Assembly: GCA_023151275.1 (NCBI GenBank)
Contig: JAKLJI010000009.1
Span: forward strand, 20,287 to 84,286
Source: Bacteroidia bacterium
Lineage (GTDB): Bacteria; Bacteroidota; Bacteroidia; UKL13-3
Direction of reading: 5' to 3'
DNA length: 64,000 bases
The notes beneath the pieces are model-generated. The model was given only the letters and a program-made list of their open reading frames with translations, did no database searches and was not told the DNA's origin. Every line of letters starts with the position of its first letter. The stretch's first letter is position 1. The translations under genes were made by a program, and so were the position numbers. This document shows positions 17,170-26,479 of the stretch, in pieces.

Positions 17170-18030
17170 ATGAGAGCAAAGTATCTAAATCCGTTTACCG
17201 ATTTCGGTTTCAAAAAAATATTTGGTGAAGAAGCCAGTAAGCCTCTGCTCATCGATTTTTTGAATGCACTTTTGCCTCTAAACGACCTAATTGTTGATTT
17301 AACCTTTAAAAACAACGAACAACTTGGTAATACCGACCTGGATAGGAAAGCCATTTACGATATTTATTGTGAGAACCAGAAAGGCGAAAAGTTCATTGTA
17401 GAACTTCAAAAAGCAAAACAGAATTTCTTTAAGGAAAGAACGATTTATTATTCCACCTTTCCAATCCGGGAACAAGCCGAAAAAGGGGAATGGAACTACA
17501 ACTTGAAAGCTGTTTACTGCATTGGAATATTGGATTTTACCTTCGGCGACTACGAAAACGAGCCGGATAAAAGCCAGGTAATGCATACCATCAAGCTTAA
17601 AAATCAAAACGGCAAAACCTTTTATGAAAAGCTAACCTATATTTATCTGGAAATGCCCAATTTTTCACTTGGTGAAAACCAGTTAAAATCACGGCTGGAT
17701 AAATGGCTTTATTTCATCAAGAATTTGGAAGATTTTCAAAGCATCCCAAAGATTTTTTCGGATGAAGTTTTTCACCAGGCATTTGAAAAAGCAGAATTGG
17801 CTAAATTCGGGCAAGCTGAATTAGCAAGTTATGAAAACAGCCTTAAAGTGTACAGGGATTTGAAAGGCGTTATTGACACTGCTTTTGATGAAGGAAAATT
17901 GGAAGGAAAAATGGAAGGGTTAATTGAAGGCAAACTTGAAATGGCCCGAGTTATGAAAGCTGCTGGAGAATCCGCAGAAAAAATTGCCAAATACACCGGA
18001 CTTTCGATGGATGAACTCGAAAAGCTTTAG
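17170..18030 (+). CDS. Rpn-family recombination-promoting nuclease / PD-(D/E)XK putative transposase
   Basis: KYLNPFTDFGFKKIFG...DIYCENQKGEKFIVELQKA is the signature N-terminus and nuclease core of this family. The C-terminus is a helical repeat tail. Confidence 0.8.
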   Translation: MRAKYLNPFTDFGFKKIFGEEASKPLLIDFLNALLPLNDLIVDLTFKNNEQLGNTDLDRKAIYDIYCENQKGEKFIVELQKAKQNFFKERTIYYSTFPIREQAEKGEWNYNLKAVYCIGILDFTFGDYENEPDKSQVMHTIKLKNQNGKTFYEKLTYIYLEMPNFSLGENQLKSRLDKWLYFIKNLEDFQSIPKIFSDEVFHQAFEKAELAKFGQAELASYENSLKVYRDLKGVIDTAFDEGKLEGKMEGLIEGKLEMARVMKAAGESAEKIAKYTGLSMDELEKL

Positions 18031-18137
18031 TCCTACAATTTTCAGGCACTAGAAATTCTATTTTACCCTGAAAGTTTCAAAAATCACGGCCCATTAAATC
18101 TGAAAGCGACATTGAAATGGCGACGATGCTTTCATTC

Positions 18138-18251
18138 GGCTTAGGGATGGAAGTGGAAACCCCGGCTTGGGAAATGCAGCGCCTGTGTGAGTGTGCCGGC
18201 GACCAGCGGAAGCCCGGCTAAGCCACTACAGGCGCAAAATTACCCAAGCCG
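18138..18251 (+). repeat. GC-rich structured intergenic element, copy B (candidate ncRNA or REP-like hairpin)
   Basis: Nested stems cggcttggg/cccaagccg, gcgcctgt/acaggcgc and gccgg/ccggc surround the loop cgaccagcggaagc. It is homologous to 55833..55945 on the minus strand. Confidence 0.5.
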
Positions 18252-18328
18252 AGTTGGAACGAACAGCCAGGCCCGCGCCTTATTGAGTTAAACCTTTTAT
18301 GAGAATTGGATAGCGCGGGCAAGCCCCA

Positions 18329-18357
18329 AAAAAAAGGCAACCCAATTGGATTGCCTA
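18329..18357 (-). terminator. Rho-independent terminator after the PiT gene
   Basis: The minus strand reads ggcaatccaattgggttgcc followed by TTTTTTTTT, about 20 nt after the stop. Confidence 0.75.
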
Positions 18358-18376
18358 ATGAGGTAGCTGTGGGTAC

Positions 18377-19780
18377 TTATAAAATAGCCCTGAACAATAG
18401 GAATAACAATCCTGAAAGTGTGATACTTACGGGTAGTGTTAAAATCCAGGCGAGTGCAATGGTTTTAATGGTTTTGGTTTGCAAGTTTTTGATGCCTTTG
18501 GAGGCTACCATGCTACCGGCAATACCTGAAGATAAGACGTGGGTTGTACTTACTGGAAGTCCCAACCAGGTAGAAAAACCAATGGTTGAGGCAGCCACCA
18601 ATTCAGCACTGGCTCCTTGCGCGTAGGTTAAATGCTGCTTGCCAATTTTCTCACCGATTGTTGTAACAATGCGTTTCCAGCCTACCAAAGTTCCCAGACC
18701 AAGACTTAAAGAAATCATGAGAACAACCCAACCCGGTGCGTACTCAGTGATTGACTTTACATTGGATGCGGCTTGTTTGAGCTTTTCTTTGCTATTGGCA
18801 GAAATACTTGAGTTTTTGCTTTCAAGTAATTTCTTGGTAGCCTTTCCTAAAAGTACCAAGTCTTTTCTAATTTCAAATTTCTGCTCTCTGGTGAGGGTTT
18901 CAAAAGTGGCATGTTTGGCAATTAAGCCTTCAAAATCAACCAAAAAGGATTTGGCTTTTACCAATTCAAAACGTTCTTCTTTGCTGAGTTCGGCGCTATC
19001 AATCTTATTCAGGATGGTATGCATTACCACTATATCTTGGCTAATGTCTGCCGGGCTTTTCGACATATCAACTGTAAATGAAGCCGGTACAATGGCAATT
19101 AGGATTAGCATTACCAATCCAACACCTTTTTGTCCATCATTTGAACCGTGGGAAAAACTAACTCCTGTGCAGGTTAACAGCAAAATCAATCGAATCCAGA
19201 ACGGTGGAGGCGCATTGGTATTGGGTTCTTTGAAGATTAAGCGGCTTTTGATGGACTGTCGAAGGATATACATCAATAAAATGGCCAGACTAAAGCCCAA
19301 TAAAGGAGAAAGCAACAAGCTCATACCAATATCGCCGGCCTTACTCCAATTGACATAGGAAACCTTATCATCGGGACCAATGAGGGAATATGCGATACCC
19401 ACACCAAGAATAGACCCAATGAGCGTATGGGAACTTGAGCTTGGGATACCCAAATACCAGGTTCCAAAATTCCAGAAAATTGCAGTGATTAATAGCGCTG
19501 CAATGAGCGCGATATTGTGGTAGATATTGGTATCAAGCAGAACCTCGTTGGGAAGGAGATTAGTGATACCCATGGCTACGGCAATACCGCCGGCAAAAAC
19601 GCCGATAGCATTCCAGATTCCACTCCAGACCACGGCGAACCAAGGCTTTAGGGAGTTTGTGTAAATAACGGTAGCAACAGCATTAGCTGTATCGTGGAAA
19701 CCGTTGATAAATTCGAAGACAACCGCCGCCAAGAGACAGAACAAAAGGAGAACGGTAAGTGAAGCATCTAAACCAAACAT
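18377..19780 (-). CDS. Inorganic phosphate transporter, PiT family (copy 1)
   Basis: NGFHDTANAVAT, GIPSSSSHTLIG, GSNDGQKG and VSTTHV motifs are present. A long hydrophilic central loop separates the halves. Confidence 0.9.
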   Translation of the reverse strand: MFGLDASLTVLLLFCLLAAVVFEFINGFHDTANAVATVIYTNSLKPWFAVVWSGIWNAIGVFAGGIAVAMGITNLLPNEVLLDTNIYHNIALIAALLITAIFWNFGTWYLGIPSSSSHTLIGSILGVGIAYSLIGPDDKVSYVNWSKAGDIGMSLLLSPLLGFSLAILLMYILRQSIKSRLIFKEPNTNAPPPFWIRLILLLTCTGVSFSHGSNDGQKGVGLVMLILIAIVPASFTVDMSKSPADISQDIVVMHTILNKIDSAELSKEERFELVKAKSFLVDFEGLIAKHATFETLTREQKFEIRKDLVLLGKATKKLLESKNSSISANSKEKLKQAASNVKSITEYAPGWVVLMISLSLGLGTLVGWKRIVTTIGEKIGKQHLTYAQGASAELVAASTIGFSTWLGLPVSTTHVLSSGIAGSMVASKGIKNLQTKTIKTIALAWILTLPVSITLSGLLFLLFRAIL

Positions 19781-19936
19781 AGATTAGGGTGATGGCGCAA
19801 GTTTACTGAGTACTTTAGCCATTTCAATATTAAGTAATTCTAAACAAATTGTTATCCACCCAAATCATCCGTTCATTGAAAAAGCGTTCAAATTGGCCGC
19901 AATTTGTTTTACTTTCGTCGCCCTAAAGATCACGAA

Positions 19937-22087
19937 ATGAAAAAACTTTACGCAATCTTATTGATGGCCAGTGTTTTATTGTCATCAACAAGTAAGGCAG
20001 ATGAAGGTATGTGGATACCTCTACTGCTTAAGAAGTACAATTACGAGCAAATGAAAGCCAAGGGCTTAAAGCTTAGTGCTGAGCAATTGTATGATGTAAA
20101 TCAGAATTCACTAAAAGATGCCATTGTTTGGTTTAATGGAGGATGTACCGGTGAAATTATCTCCTCGGAAGGATTGGTTTTAACCAACCACCACTGCGGG
20201 TATGATGCAATTGCTGCATTATCTACCAAAGAAGACAATATTTTGGACAATGGCTTTTGGGCAAAAGATAAAACAGCAGAGCGTTATAAGCCTGGGATGT
20301 TTGTTTCGATTGTTCAACGCATAGAGGATGTAAGCGACAAGGTAATTGAAGGATTAAAAGGAGTTGAAGAATCAAAACGTGCTGCAAAACTTGCTGAAAT
20401 CTTCAAAGGTTTGACAGCAGAAGCTGTAAAAGGCACTCATTACGAAGCCTCGGTACGCGAAATGTTTAAAGGCAATGCTTACTATTTATTTGTATTTGAA
20501 AAGTTTACTGATATCCGTTTGGTTGGAACTCCACCGCAATCGGTTGGTAAATTTGGTGGCGATGCCGACAACTGGATGTGGCCACGTCATACAGGTGACT
20601 TTAGCATGTTCCGTATATATGCTAACAAAGAAAACAAACCTGCCTCCTACTCTACTGCCAATGTACCTTACCGTCCAAAACACCATTTACCGGTAAGTTT
20701 GAAGGGTATCAAAGAAGGTGATTATGCCATGATTATGGGATTTCCGGGCAGAACTAACCGTTATGAGTTTTCGCAAGGCATTGACTTAGCAGTTCAAAAA
20801 GTAAACCCAACTATTGTTAAGCTGCGTGATATCCGTTTGAAAGCATGGAAAGAGGTTATGGAAAAAAACGTAAGCGACCGCTTATTGCTTTCGAGCGATT
20901 ATGCATCTGTTGCCAACTACTGGAAATACTTTATTGGTCAGACCGAGCAATTGAAGCGCCTAAAAGTATATGATTACAAAAAGGAGCTTGAAGGAAAATT
21001 TGCTGATTTTGCGAGCACAAAACCTGAGTATCAAAATGTATTAAGTAATGTTGAGAAAGCTTATGCTGCTTACAGACCCTATGCTTTGCAACGCACTTAT
21101 TTGGGAGAAGGTATTTTGGGTGTAACCATGAATGGAATTGCTTCTTCTTTGTTTCCGTATGTAAGTGCGGTTAAAGAGAAAAACGATACCGCGGCAGCTC
21201 GCAAAGCCCTTGCAGCAGCAAGAGCAGTAAATGAAGAAACTTATGCCGCGTTTTTTGCCAGTGCCGACCAGAAAATTCTTGCCCAGATTCTTGAAAACTA
21301 CTACAATGACATTCCGGCTGATCAGCATCCCGAGTTCATGAAAACGATTTTAAAATCAAAAGGGAAAACCAATACTGAAAAGTTCCAAAACTATGCGGCC
21401 ATGGTTTACAAAAAGAGTTTGTTCAATAACAAAGCAAGCTTTGAAGCATTTTTGAACAATCCATCCTTGAAAAAATTGGAATCTGACCCTTGTTACCAAA
21501 TGGTGAATGCATTTTACACCAATTATTTAACCAAGTTCAAATCGAAAATAGACGAATTTAACAATGCTATTGCGCCGGAAGGACGTGCATATGTTAGAGG
21601 TTTGATGGAAATGATGCCTTACAAAACTTTTTATCCGGATGCAAATTCATCCTTGCGTTTAACCTACGGAAGTGTTCAATCGTATGATCCTAAAGATGCG
21701 GTTCATTTTGATTATCAAACTACTTTGGATGGAGTAATGGAGAAATACAATCCTGAAGATTTTGAATTCCAAGCCCCTCAAAAATTGCTTGATTTGTATA
21801 AAAGCAAGGATTTTGGCAGATATGCACTACCAAATGGTAAAATGCCTGTTGCATTTATTACCAATAACGACATCACTGGAGGAAACAGTGGAAGTCCGGT
21901 AATGGATGGCGAAGGTAATCTGATTGGATTGGCTTTTGACGGAAACTGGGAAGCCATGAGTGGCGACATTGTATTTGATGAAAAATACAAGCGTACCATC
22001 AATGTAGATATTCGCTACGTATTGTTTTTGATTGACAAATTAGGAGCAGCTCCTCATATTGTGAATGAAATGAGCATTAGGCAGTAA
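19937..22087 (+). CDS. S46-family dipeptidyl-peptidase (DPP7/DPP11-like)
   Basis: ADEGMW after the signal peptide, TNHHCG (catalytic His), GGNSGSPV (catalytic Ser), about 715 aa. Confidence 0.9.
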   Translation: MKKLYAILLMASVLLSSTSKADEGMWIPLLLKKYNYEQMKAKGLKLSAEQLYDVNQNSLKDAIVWFNGGCTGEIISSEGLVLTNHHCGYDAIAALSTKEDNILDNGFWAKDKTAERYKPGMFVSIVQRIEDVSDKVIEGLKGVEESKRAAKLAEIFKGLTAEAVKGTHYEASVREMFKGNAYYLFVFEKFTDIRLVGTPPQSVGKFGGDADNWMWPRHTGDFSMFRIYANKENKPASYSTANVPYRPKHHLPVSLKGIKEGDYAMIMGFPGRTNRYEFSQGIDLAVQKVNPTIVKLRDIRLKAWKEVMEKNVSDRLLLSSDYASVANYWKYFIGQTEQLKRLKVYDYKKELEGKFADFASTKPEYQNVLSNVEKAYAAYRPYALQRTYLGEGILGVTMNGIASSLFPYVSAVKEKNDTAAARKALAAARAVNEETYAAFFASADQKILAQILENYYNDIPADQHPEFMKTILKSKGKTNTEKFQNYAAMVYKKSLFNNKASFEAFLNNPSLKKLESDPCYQMVNAFYTNYLTKFKSKIDEFNNAIAPEGRAYVRGLMEMMPYKTFYPDANSSLRLTYGSVQSYDPKDAVHFDYQTTLDGVMEKYNPEDFEFQAPQKLLDLYKSKDFGRYALPNGKMPVAFITNNDITGGNSGSPVMDGEGNLIGLAFDGNWEAMSGDIVFDEKYKRTINVDIRYVLFLIDKLGAAPHIVNEMSIRQ

Positions 22088-22100
22088 GCTAAATGACACA

Positions 22101-22142
22101 AAAAAAAGCGGCGGTCAACAAAGTTGACCGCCGCTTTTTTTT
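22101..22142. terminator. Bidirectional rho-independent terminator
   Basis: gcggcggtcaac-aaa-gttgaccgccgc (12-bp perfect stem) is flanked by an A run and a T run, between convergent genes. Confidence 0.85.
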
Positions 22143-22156
22143 ATTGGTAATACTAT

Positions 22157-23371
22157 TTAAAAATTGAATTGAGCCTGGACCCGCAATAATCGGCCAGATT
22201 GCAAATTATCTTGCTTTTGAAAATCCTCGAATCTACGCTCTGAAAGGGTGTACATAACTACCAATTCAAATTGTTTCAAGGGTTGCCATTCAGCGCCAAG
22301 TTCAAGTTCATTAACCTCATAGCTGCGGGCATCACGTTCATGTTTTTTACCTCCGGTGTAATGTTGAGCACGAACAAAGGGTATTAAAATTTGATTGTGA
22401 ACAGGAATGAAATAACTCAATGTAATATAGCCTCCGCTTAAAGATTTATTTTCAATTGAATCCGTGCTTTTATTAAACTGAGGTCCCCTTCCGATATTGT
22501 ACTCAGCCTGAATACCCAAGGGTTTTGGATAAAGAACAAATGTTGCAGCCACTCGCTCGTCGCGGTAATTTAAATCTGAATTCACCTTAACACCGGAGCT
22601 CAGATTTGCCTTAGGCATAACAAATTTTCCGGTATAGGCTTGCAACCCAGCTTCAACAATCTGCTCCCCAACTCTCATCGGGTTTGAATACCGAATAACT
22701 GCGTGGGGTTCGGAATTTAGCTCTGGACTATTTGCTGTTTGTCCGTTGTACAAACCAAGAGCAAAAACTCCATAATCTCCACTTCCTTTTAAACCTGAAT
22801 TAACCAATTCTGAGAATAATTTTCGCTTTTCTTTTGGAGCCCAGTAGAAAAAGACACCCAAGTCCCGTTCATTAGCAACGGCACTATTTAAGGCATCATT
22901 CCTATCTAAAGGTATGCGATTTTGTGAGGATTGCATATTTTCAAAACCAAATGGAACCTTACTTTGACCTATTCGCAATCGAAATTCGTTACCCTCATCT
23001 AGGCCCAAGTCGAAATAGGCATCGCGCAATTGGCCAAAATGTAAGCGGTCTGAAGAAGGGCTACTGGCAAAATCCGGTTGCACATACATGTAAACACGCT
23101 TGTTGATTTGTCCGAAGAAAATGATCCGCATACGGCGGATAAAAAAGCCACCGTCCTTCCCCCAAGAACGGTCACATTGCTCACAATTCAGGCTTTCATT
23201 CGTTTCCAATAAACGATTGTAGCGAATTTGTGTATAGCCCCTTATTGAAATTGTTTCAAACCACTTTTTCGAATTTTCGGGAGTTTTAAGCGTTAAAGTT
23301 GAATCTTTTTGCCCGAACAAAGCCACAGGTATTCCAAATACCAAAATGGCAATCATCTTAAAATTAAGCAT
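22157..23371 (-). CDS. Outer-membrane porin, phosphate-selective porin O/P-like
   Basis: Signal peptide, alternating beta-strand pattern, C-terminal aromatic residue (QAQFNF). It sits beside the phosphate-transport genes. The family call is from memory of Bacteroidota OprO/P-like proteins. Confidence 0.5.
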   Translation of the reverse strand: MLNFKMIAILVFGIPVALFGQKDSTLTLKTPENSKKWFETISIRGYTQIRYNRLLETNESLNCEQCDRSWGKDGGFFIRRMRIIFFGQINKRVYMYVQPDFASSPSSDRLHFGQLRDAYFDLGLDEGNEFRLRIGQSKVPFGFENMQSSQNRIPLDRNDALNSAVANERDLGVFFYWAPKEKRKLFSELVNSGLKGSGDYGVFALGLYNGQTANSPELNSEPHAVIRYSNPMRVGEQIVEAGLQAYTGKFVMPKANLSSGVKVNSDLNYRDERVAATFVLYPKPLGIQAEYNIGRGPQFNKSTDSIENKSLSGGYITLSYFIPVHNQILIPFVRAQHYTGGKKHERDARSYEVNELELGAEWQPLKQFELVVMYTLSERRFEDFQKQDNLQSGRLLRVQAQFNF

Positions 23372-23617
23372 ACATGTTAAATCCAGCCAAAGCCTGGATT
23401 AAAATCTCAATTCAAGGTGTTCGATAAAAAAAAATGCGGACCTGAAAGAATCATTTTTTTTGCTTGCCCAAAGTGGCTTAAATTTAGTACGCCATACCCG
23501 GATTGCGTAAAAACTAATGTGCTGTGCATGAGTTGAATAATAAGTTAAGTTTTTGATCGACAGGACTTTCAAAGCAGAAATGATTCATTTCACCTTGAAT
23601 TTCCCAGTGCAACAATA

Positions 23618-23667
23618 TTAAGTTTGTGTTAAGGGAATGTTAAGTCCAAACATTTCCTATAAGTTTG
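23618..23667 (+). promoter_or_regulatory. Three TTAAG repeats with exact 11-bp phasing plus two TAAGTTTG (-7-like) boxes upstream of the DUF47/PiT operon
   Basis: TTAAG starts at 23618, 23629 and 23640. TAAGTTTG lies at 23619..23626 and 23660..23667. The ATG is at 23687. Confidence 0.3.
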
Positions 23668-23686
23668 TCCCCGAAAATTTCAACCC

Positions 23687-24334
23687 ATGCTATTCAACAC
23701 CATTATCCAATTCTTTACGCCGAAAGACAAAGTTTTCTACTCCCTATTTGAAGATGTAGCACAAAATGTTGCTGCAATGGGAAAATTGATGAAAGAGGTA
23801 GTCTCGGAGCCTGATTTTGACAAGCGCGCAGCAATTATCAAAAAGCTGGAAGACTTGGAACATGCCAATGACAATCTTACCCATCAGATTTTTACGGAAT
23901 TGGGCAAAAACTTCATTACCCCGTTCGACCGTGAAGATATTCACTACCTGGCAACCGCATTGGATGATATTTGTGATTTTATTTATGCATCAGCCAAACG
24001 TATCAATTTCTACAAGGTAAATCCGAATGAACCCGGAATCATAAAGATGGCAGAAATTATTTGCCAGGGAGCAGAAGCCATCCGGATTGCGGTAATGGAA
24101 CTTCGTAACATGAAGAATCTGAAAAACATTAACGATGCCGTTGTAAAAGTTAATAGCATTGAAAATCAAGCAGATGATGTTTACGATTTAAGCATTCAGA
24201 GTTTGTTTGATCATGAATCGGATGTAAAGGAACTGTTGAAGAAGCGCGAAATCTATCAAATGATGGAAACTGTTACTGACAAGTTTGAAGATGCTGCGAA
24301 TGTGATTGAAACCATTGTCGTAAAATACGCCTAA
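23687..24334 (+). CDS. DUF47 / PhoU-like phosphate-transport regulator (TIGR00153 family)
   Basis: It has the length, helical pattern and position immediately upstream of a PiT gene that are typical of this family. FDREDIH..A..LD...D and E..AD motifs are present. Confidence 0.8.
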   Translation: MLFNTIIQFFTPKDKVFYSLFEDVAQNVAAMGKLMKEVVSEPDFDKRAAIIKKLEDLEHANDNLTHQIFTELGKNFITPFDREDIHYLATALDDICDFIYASAKRINFYKVNPNEPGIIKMAEIICQGAEAIRIAVMELRNMKNLKNINDAVVKVNSIENQADDVYDLSIQSLFDHESDVKELLKKREIYQMMETVTDKFEDAANVIETIVVKYA

Positions 24335-24343
24335 TCCGGTCCA

Positions 24344-25735
24344 ATGACTTATTTGTTTGTTATCATTGCCTTAGCCCTGATATTTGACTATATCAATGGG
24401 TTTCATGATGCCGCCAATTCTATCGCTACGGTAGTATCTACCAAGGTACTAACGCCGCTGCAGGCAGTTGTTTGGGCTGCGTTTTTCAATTTTGTGGCCT
24501 TCTTTTTGTTTAAAGACCATGCTGTTGCCAATACAATCGGAAAAACGGTACACAAAGAATTTATCACGCTGGATGTAATTTTTGCAGGACTGGTTGCGGC
24601 CATTGCCTGGAATCTGATTACCTGGTGGTATGGAATTCCTTCCTCTTCATCGCATACCTTGATTGGTGGATTTGCAGGAGCAGCGATTGCTCATGCTTAT
24701 TACTCTCAAGGATTTACCTCTTTCTCAAACATCATTGAGATGGAGAAAATTGTAAAAACCATTTTGTTCATCTTCCTTGCTCCATTGATTGGCATGGCCA
24801 TATCCATGTTTATCACGCTAAGTACGATTGTTCAAAACACCTGGAAACGAATTGCAATTATTTTACTGGCCGCGGTTGGAACCTGGTTTCTTTTTGACAA
24901 ACTCGAACAAAACAAACTTCACGAAAACCTCGATAAGTATTACCATATCGACAAACTGAAGAAAGAAGTAAAAGAAGATCCTTCGCTTCAAGCCAAGTTG
25001 GATTCAACTAAATTATTGGCCAAGCAAATTGCTCCACTTTTAGCAAGTTTCGACAGTAAAGGCGGAAAAGGAATTGCTGCTGAAGCTCAATTGCTTCAAC
25101 CTGAAATTGACGCTAAAAAGCTGGCTAAAGAATTAGATAAAGCCGATAATTCATTCATTGTTTACTCACTGATGGCAGCTATTCTCATTTTTATCCTTAC
25201 CTACATTTATGTGGAAAAGGTAAAAACACCAACAGCCTACAAGATTGCCAATATGTTCAAGAAATTGCAATTGTTATCATCTGCAGCATTTTCTGTTGGA
25301 CATGGTGGCAATGATGCGCAGAAAGTTATGGGTATTATTGCTGCTGCCTTGATTGCAAACGGCAATATTACTGATTTCAAACAAATGCCGGATTGGGTTC
25401 CATTGGCTTGTTATTCGGCCATTGGGTTGGGAACAATGAGTGGAGGTTGGAAAATTGTGAAAACAATGGGTACACGCATTACCAAAGTAACCCCATTGGA
25501 AGGAGTAAGCGCTGAAACTTCCGGAGCCATAACTTTATTTATGACCGAGCAAATGGGAATTCCGGTAAGTACCACTCATACTATAACCGGTTCAATTATT
25601 GGTGTTGGAGCAACCAAACGCTTGTCTGCTGTGCGTTGGGGAGTGACTGTTAACTTACTTTGGGCTTGGATATTAACCATTCCGGTAAGTGCCAGCATAG
25701 CTGCATTAACTTATTTATTGATTCGCTTGTTTTAA
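24344..25735 (+). CDS. Inorganic phosphate transporter, PiT family (copy 2)
   Basis: NGFHDAANSIAT, GIPSSSSHTLIG, GGNDAQK and VSTTHT motifs are present. Confidence 0.9.
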   Translation: MTYLFVIIALALIFDYINGFHDAANSIATVVSTKVLTPLQAVVWAAFFNFVAFFLFKDHAVANTIGKTVHKEFITLDVIFAGLVAAIAWNLITWWYGIPSSSSHTLIGGFAGAAIAHAYYSQGFTSFSNIIEMEKIVKTILFIFLAPLIGMAISMFITLSTIVQNTWKRIAIILLAAVGTWFLFDKLEQNKLHENLDKYYHIDKLKKEVKEDPSLQAKLDSTKLLAKQIAPLLASFDSKGGKGIAAEAQLLQPEIDAKKLAKELDKADNSFIVYSLMAAILIFILTYIYVEKVKTPTAYKIANMFKKLQLLSSAAFSVGHGGNDAQKVMGIIAAALIANGNITDFKQMPDWVPLACYSAIGLGTMSGGWKIVKTMGTRITKVTPLEGVSAETSGAITLFMTEQMGIPVSTTHTITGSIIGVGATKRLSAVRWGVTVNLLWAWILTIPVSASIAALTYLLIRLF

Positions 25736-26136
25736 TGAGAATTTCAAGCCTAGCTATATTGACTTTTCTTTTTATCGTGGGAGCATGTAATCGTGATCCC
25801 AGAGAAAAGCTACCACAGACAGGAAGCTTTGGAAATTCCAAAACAACCTCCTCTGAACTCGGAAGCATACCGATTTCAGCCTTGGACACCCTGATTGCAG
25901 CCAATCAAGAAATTGTATTGGAAGGCAAAGTGCAAAAAGTTTGTCAGGGAGAAGGCTGCTGGCTGAGTTTAGAACGAGACGGCAAAGCACCCGTTTTGAT
26001 TGAAATAAAAGACAAGGCCTTTCAGTTGCCAAGCAAAATTGAAGGTAAAACAGCCAGAGTGAATGGAATACTCACAACAGATAGTTCCGACAAGTACAGT
26101 CGGAAAATACTTGCAGATGGAATAATAATCGAATAA
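25735..26136 (+). CDS. DUF4920-like lipoprotein
   Basis: Lipobox IVGAC. LEGKVQKVCQGEGCWLSL...IKDKAFQLP...GKTARVNG matches my memory of DUF4920. The start overlaps the PiT stop (TAATG). Confidence 0.55.
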   Translation: MRISSLAILTFLFIVGACNRDPREKLPQTGSFGNSKTTSSELGSIPISALDTLIAANQEIVLEGKVQKVCQGEGCWLSLERDGKAPVLIEIKDKAFQLPSKIEGKTARVNGILTTDSSDKYSRKILADGIIIE

Positions 26137-26165
26137 AAAAATCCCCGCCAAAGCGGGGATTTTTG
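26135..26165. terminator. Bidirectional rho-independent terminator
   Basis: aaaaaaa-tccccgc-caaa-gcgggga-ttttt lies between convergent genes. Confidence 0.8.
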
Positions 26166-26411
26166 TTAAATACGTTCTAGCGCTTCCTTCTGGTTGATGT
26201 TTTTGGCATGTTCCAGAATCAAGTTTACGCTTGTAGCAGATGGTTCAACCGAGGCATCATCCAAGAAGGCTAGTGCTTGTTTGGCCTCGAAAAGCCTTTG
26301 CTGAAGCTCTTGATTTTCTGCAAGTTCTGCCTCAAATCGGCTTTTTTGTTCTGCATCTAGTTCATTGTACATGTACAGAACCAGGTTGTCGGTGAAGTAA
26401 TTATCGCTCAT
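26166..26411 (-). CDS. Small soluble protein downstream of the ECF sigma factor (possible anti-sigma-like partner)
   Basis: 81 aa from the ATG at 26411. It is helical and acidic with no TM segment. Only its position supports a role. Confidence 0.3.
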   Translation of the reverse strand: MSDNYFTDNLVLYMYNELDAEQKSRFEAELAENQELQQRLFEAKQALAFLDDASVEPSATSVNLILEHAKNINQKEALERI

Positions 26412-26479
26412 AAGCAATTTGATGGTTACGCTAAAGTAACGCAAAGCCATTCAAAATATTTTATGGGCGCCTAATTTTT

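Noticed and set aside
16987-18158. Possible terminal inverted repeats making the Rpn gene a discrete transposon
   Set aside because: The inverted match is short and gapped (about 8+7 nt). No target-site duplication is visible. It is mentioned only as a weak lead.
18639-19358. 239-aa plus-strand ORF, with the 106-aa ORF at 18306..18626
   Set aside because: Both lie antisense, wholly or largely, to the strongly supported PiT gene. They are typical shadow ORFs with low-complexity translations.
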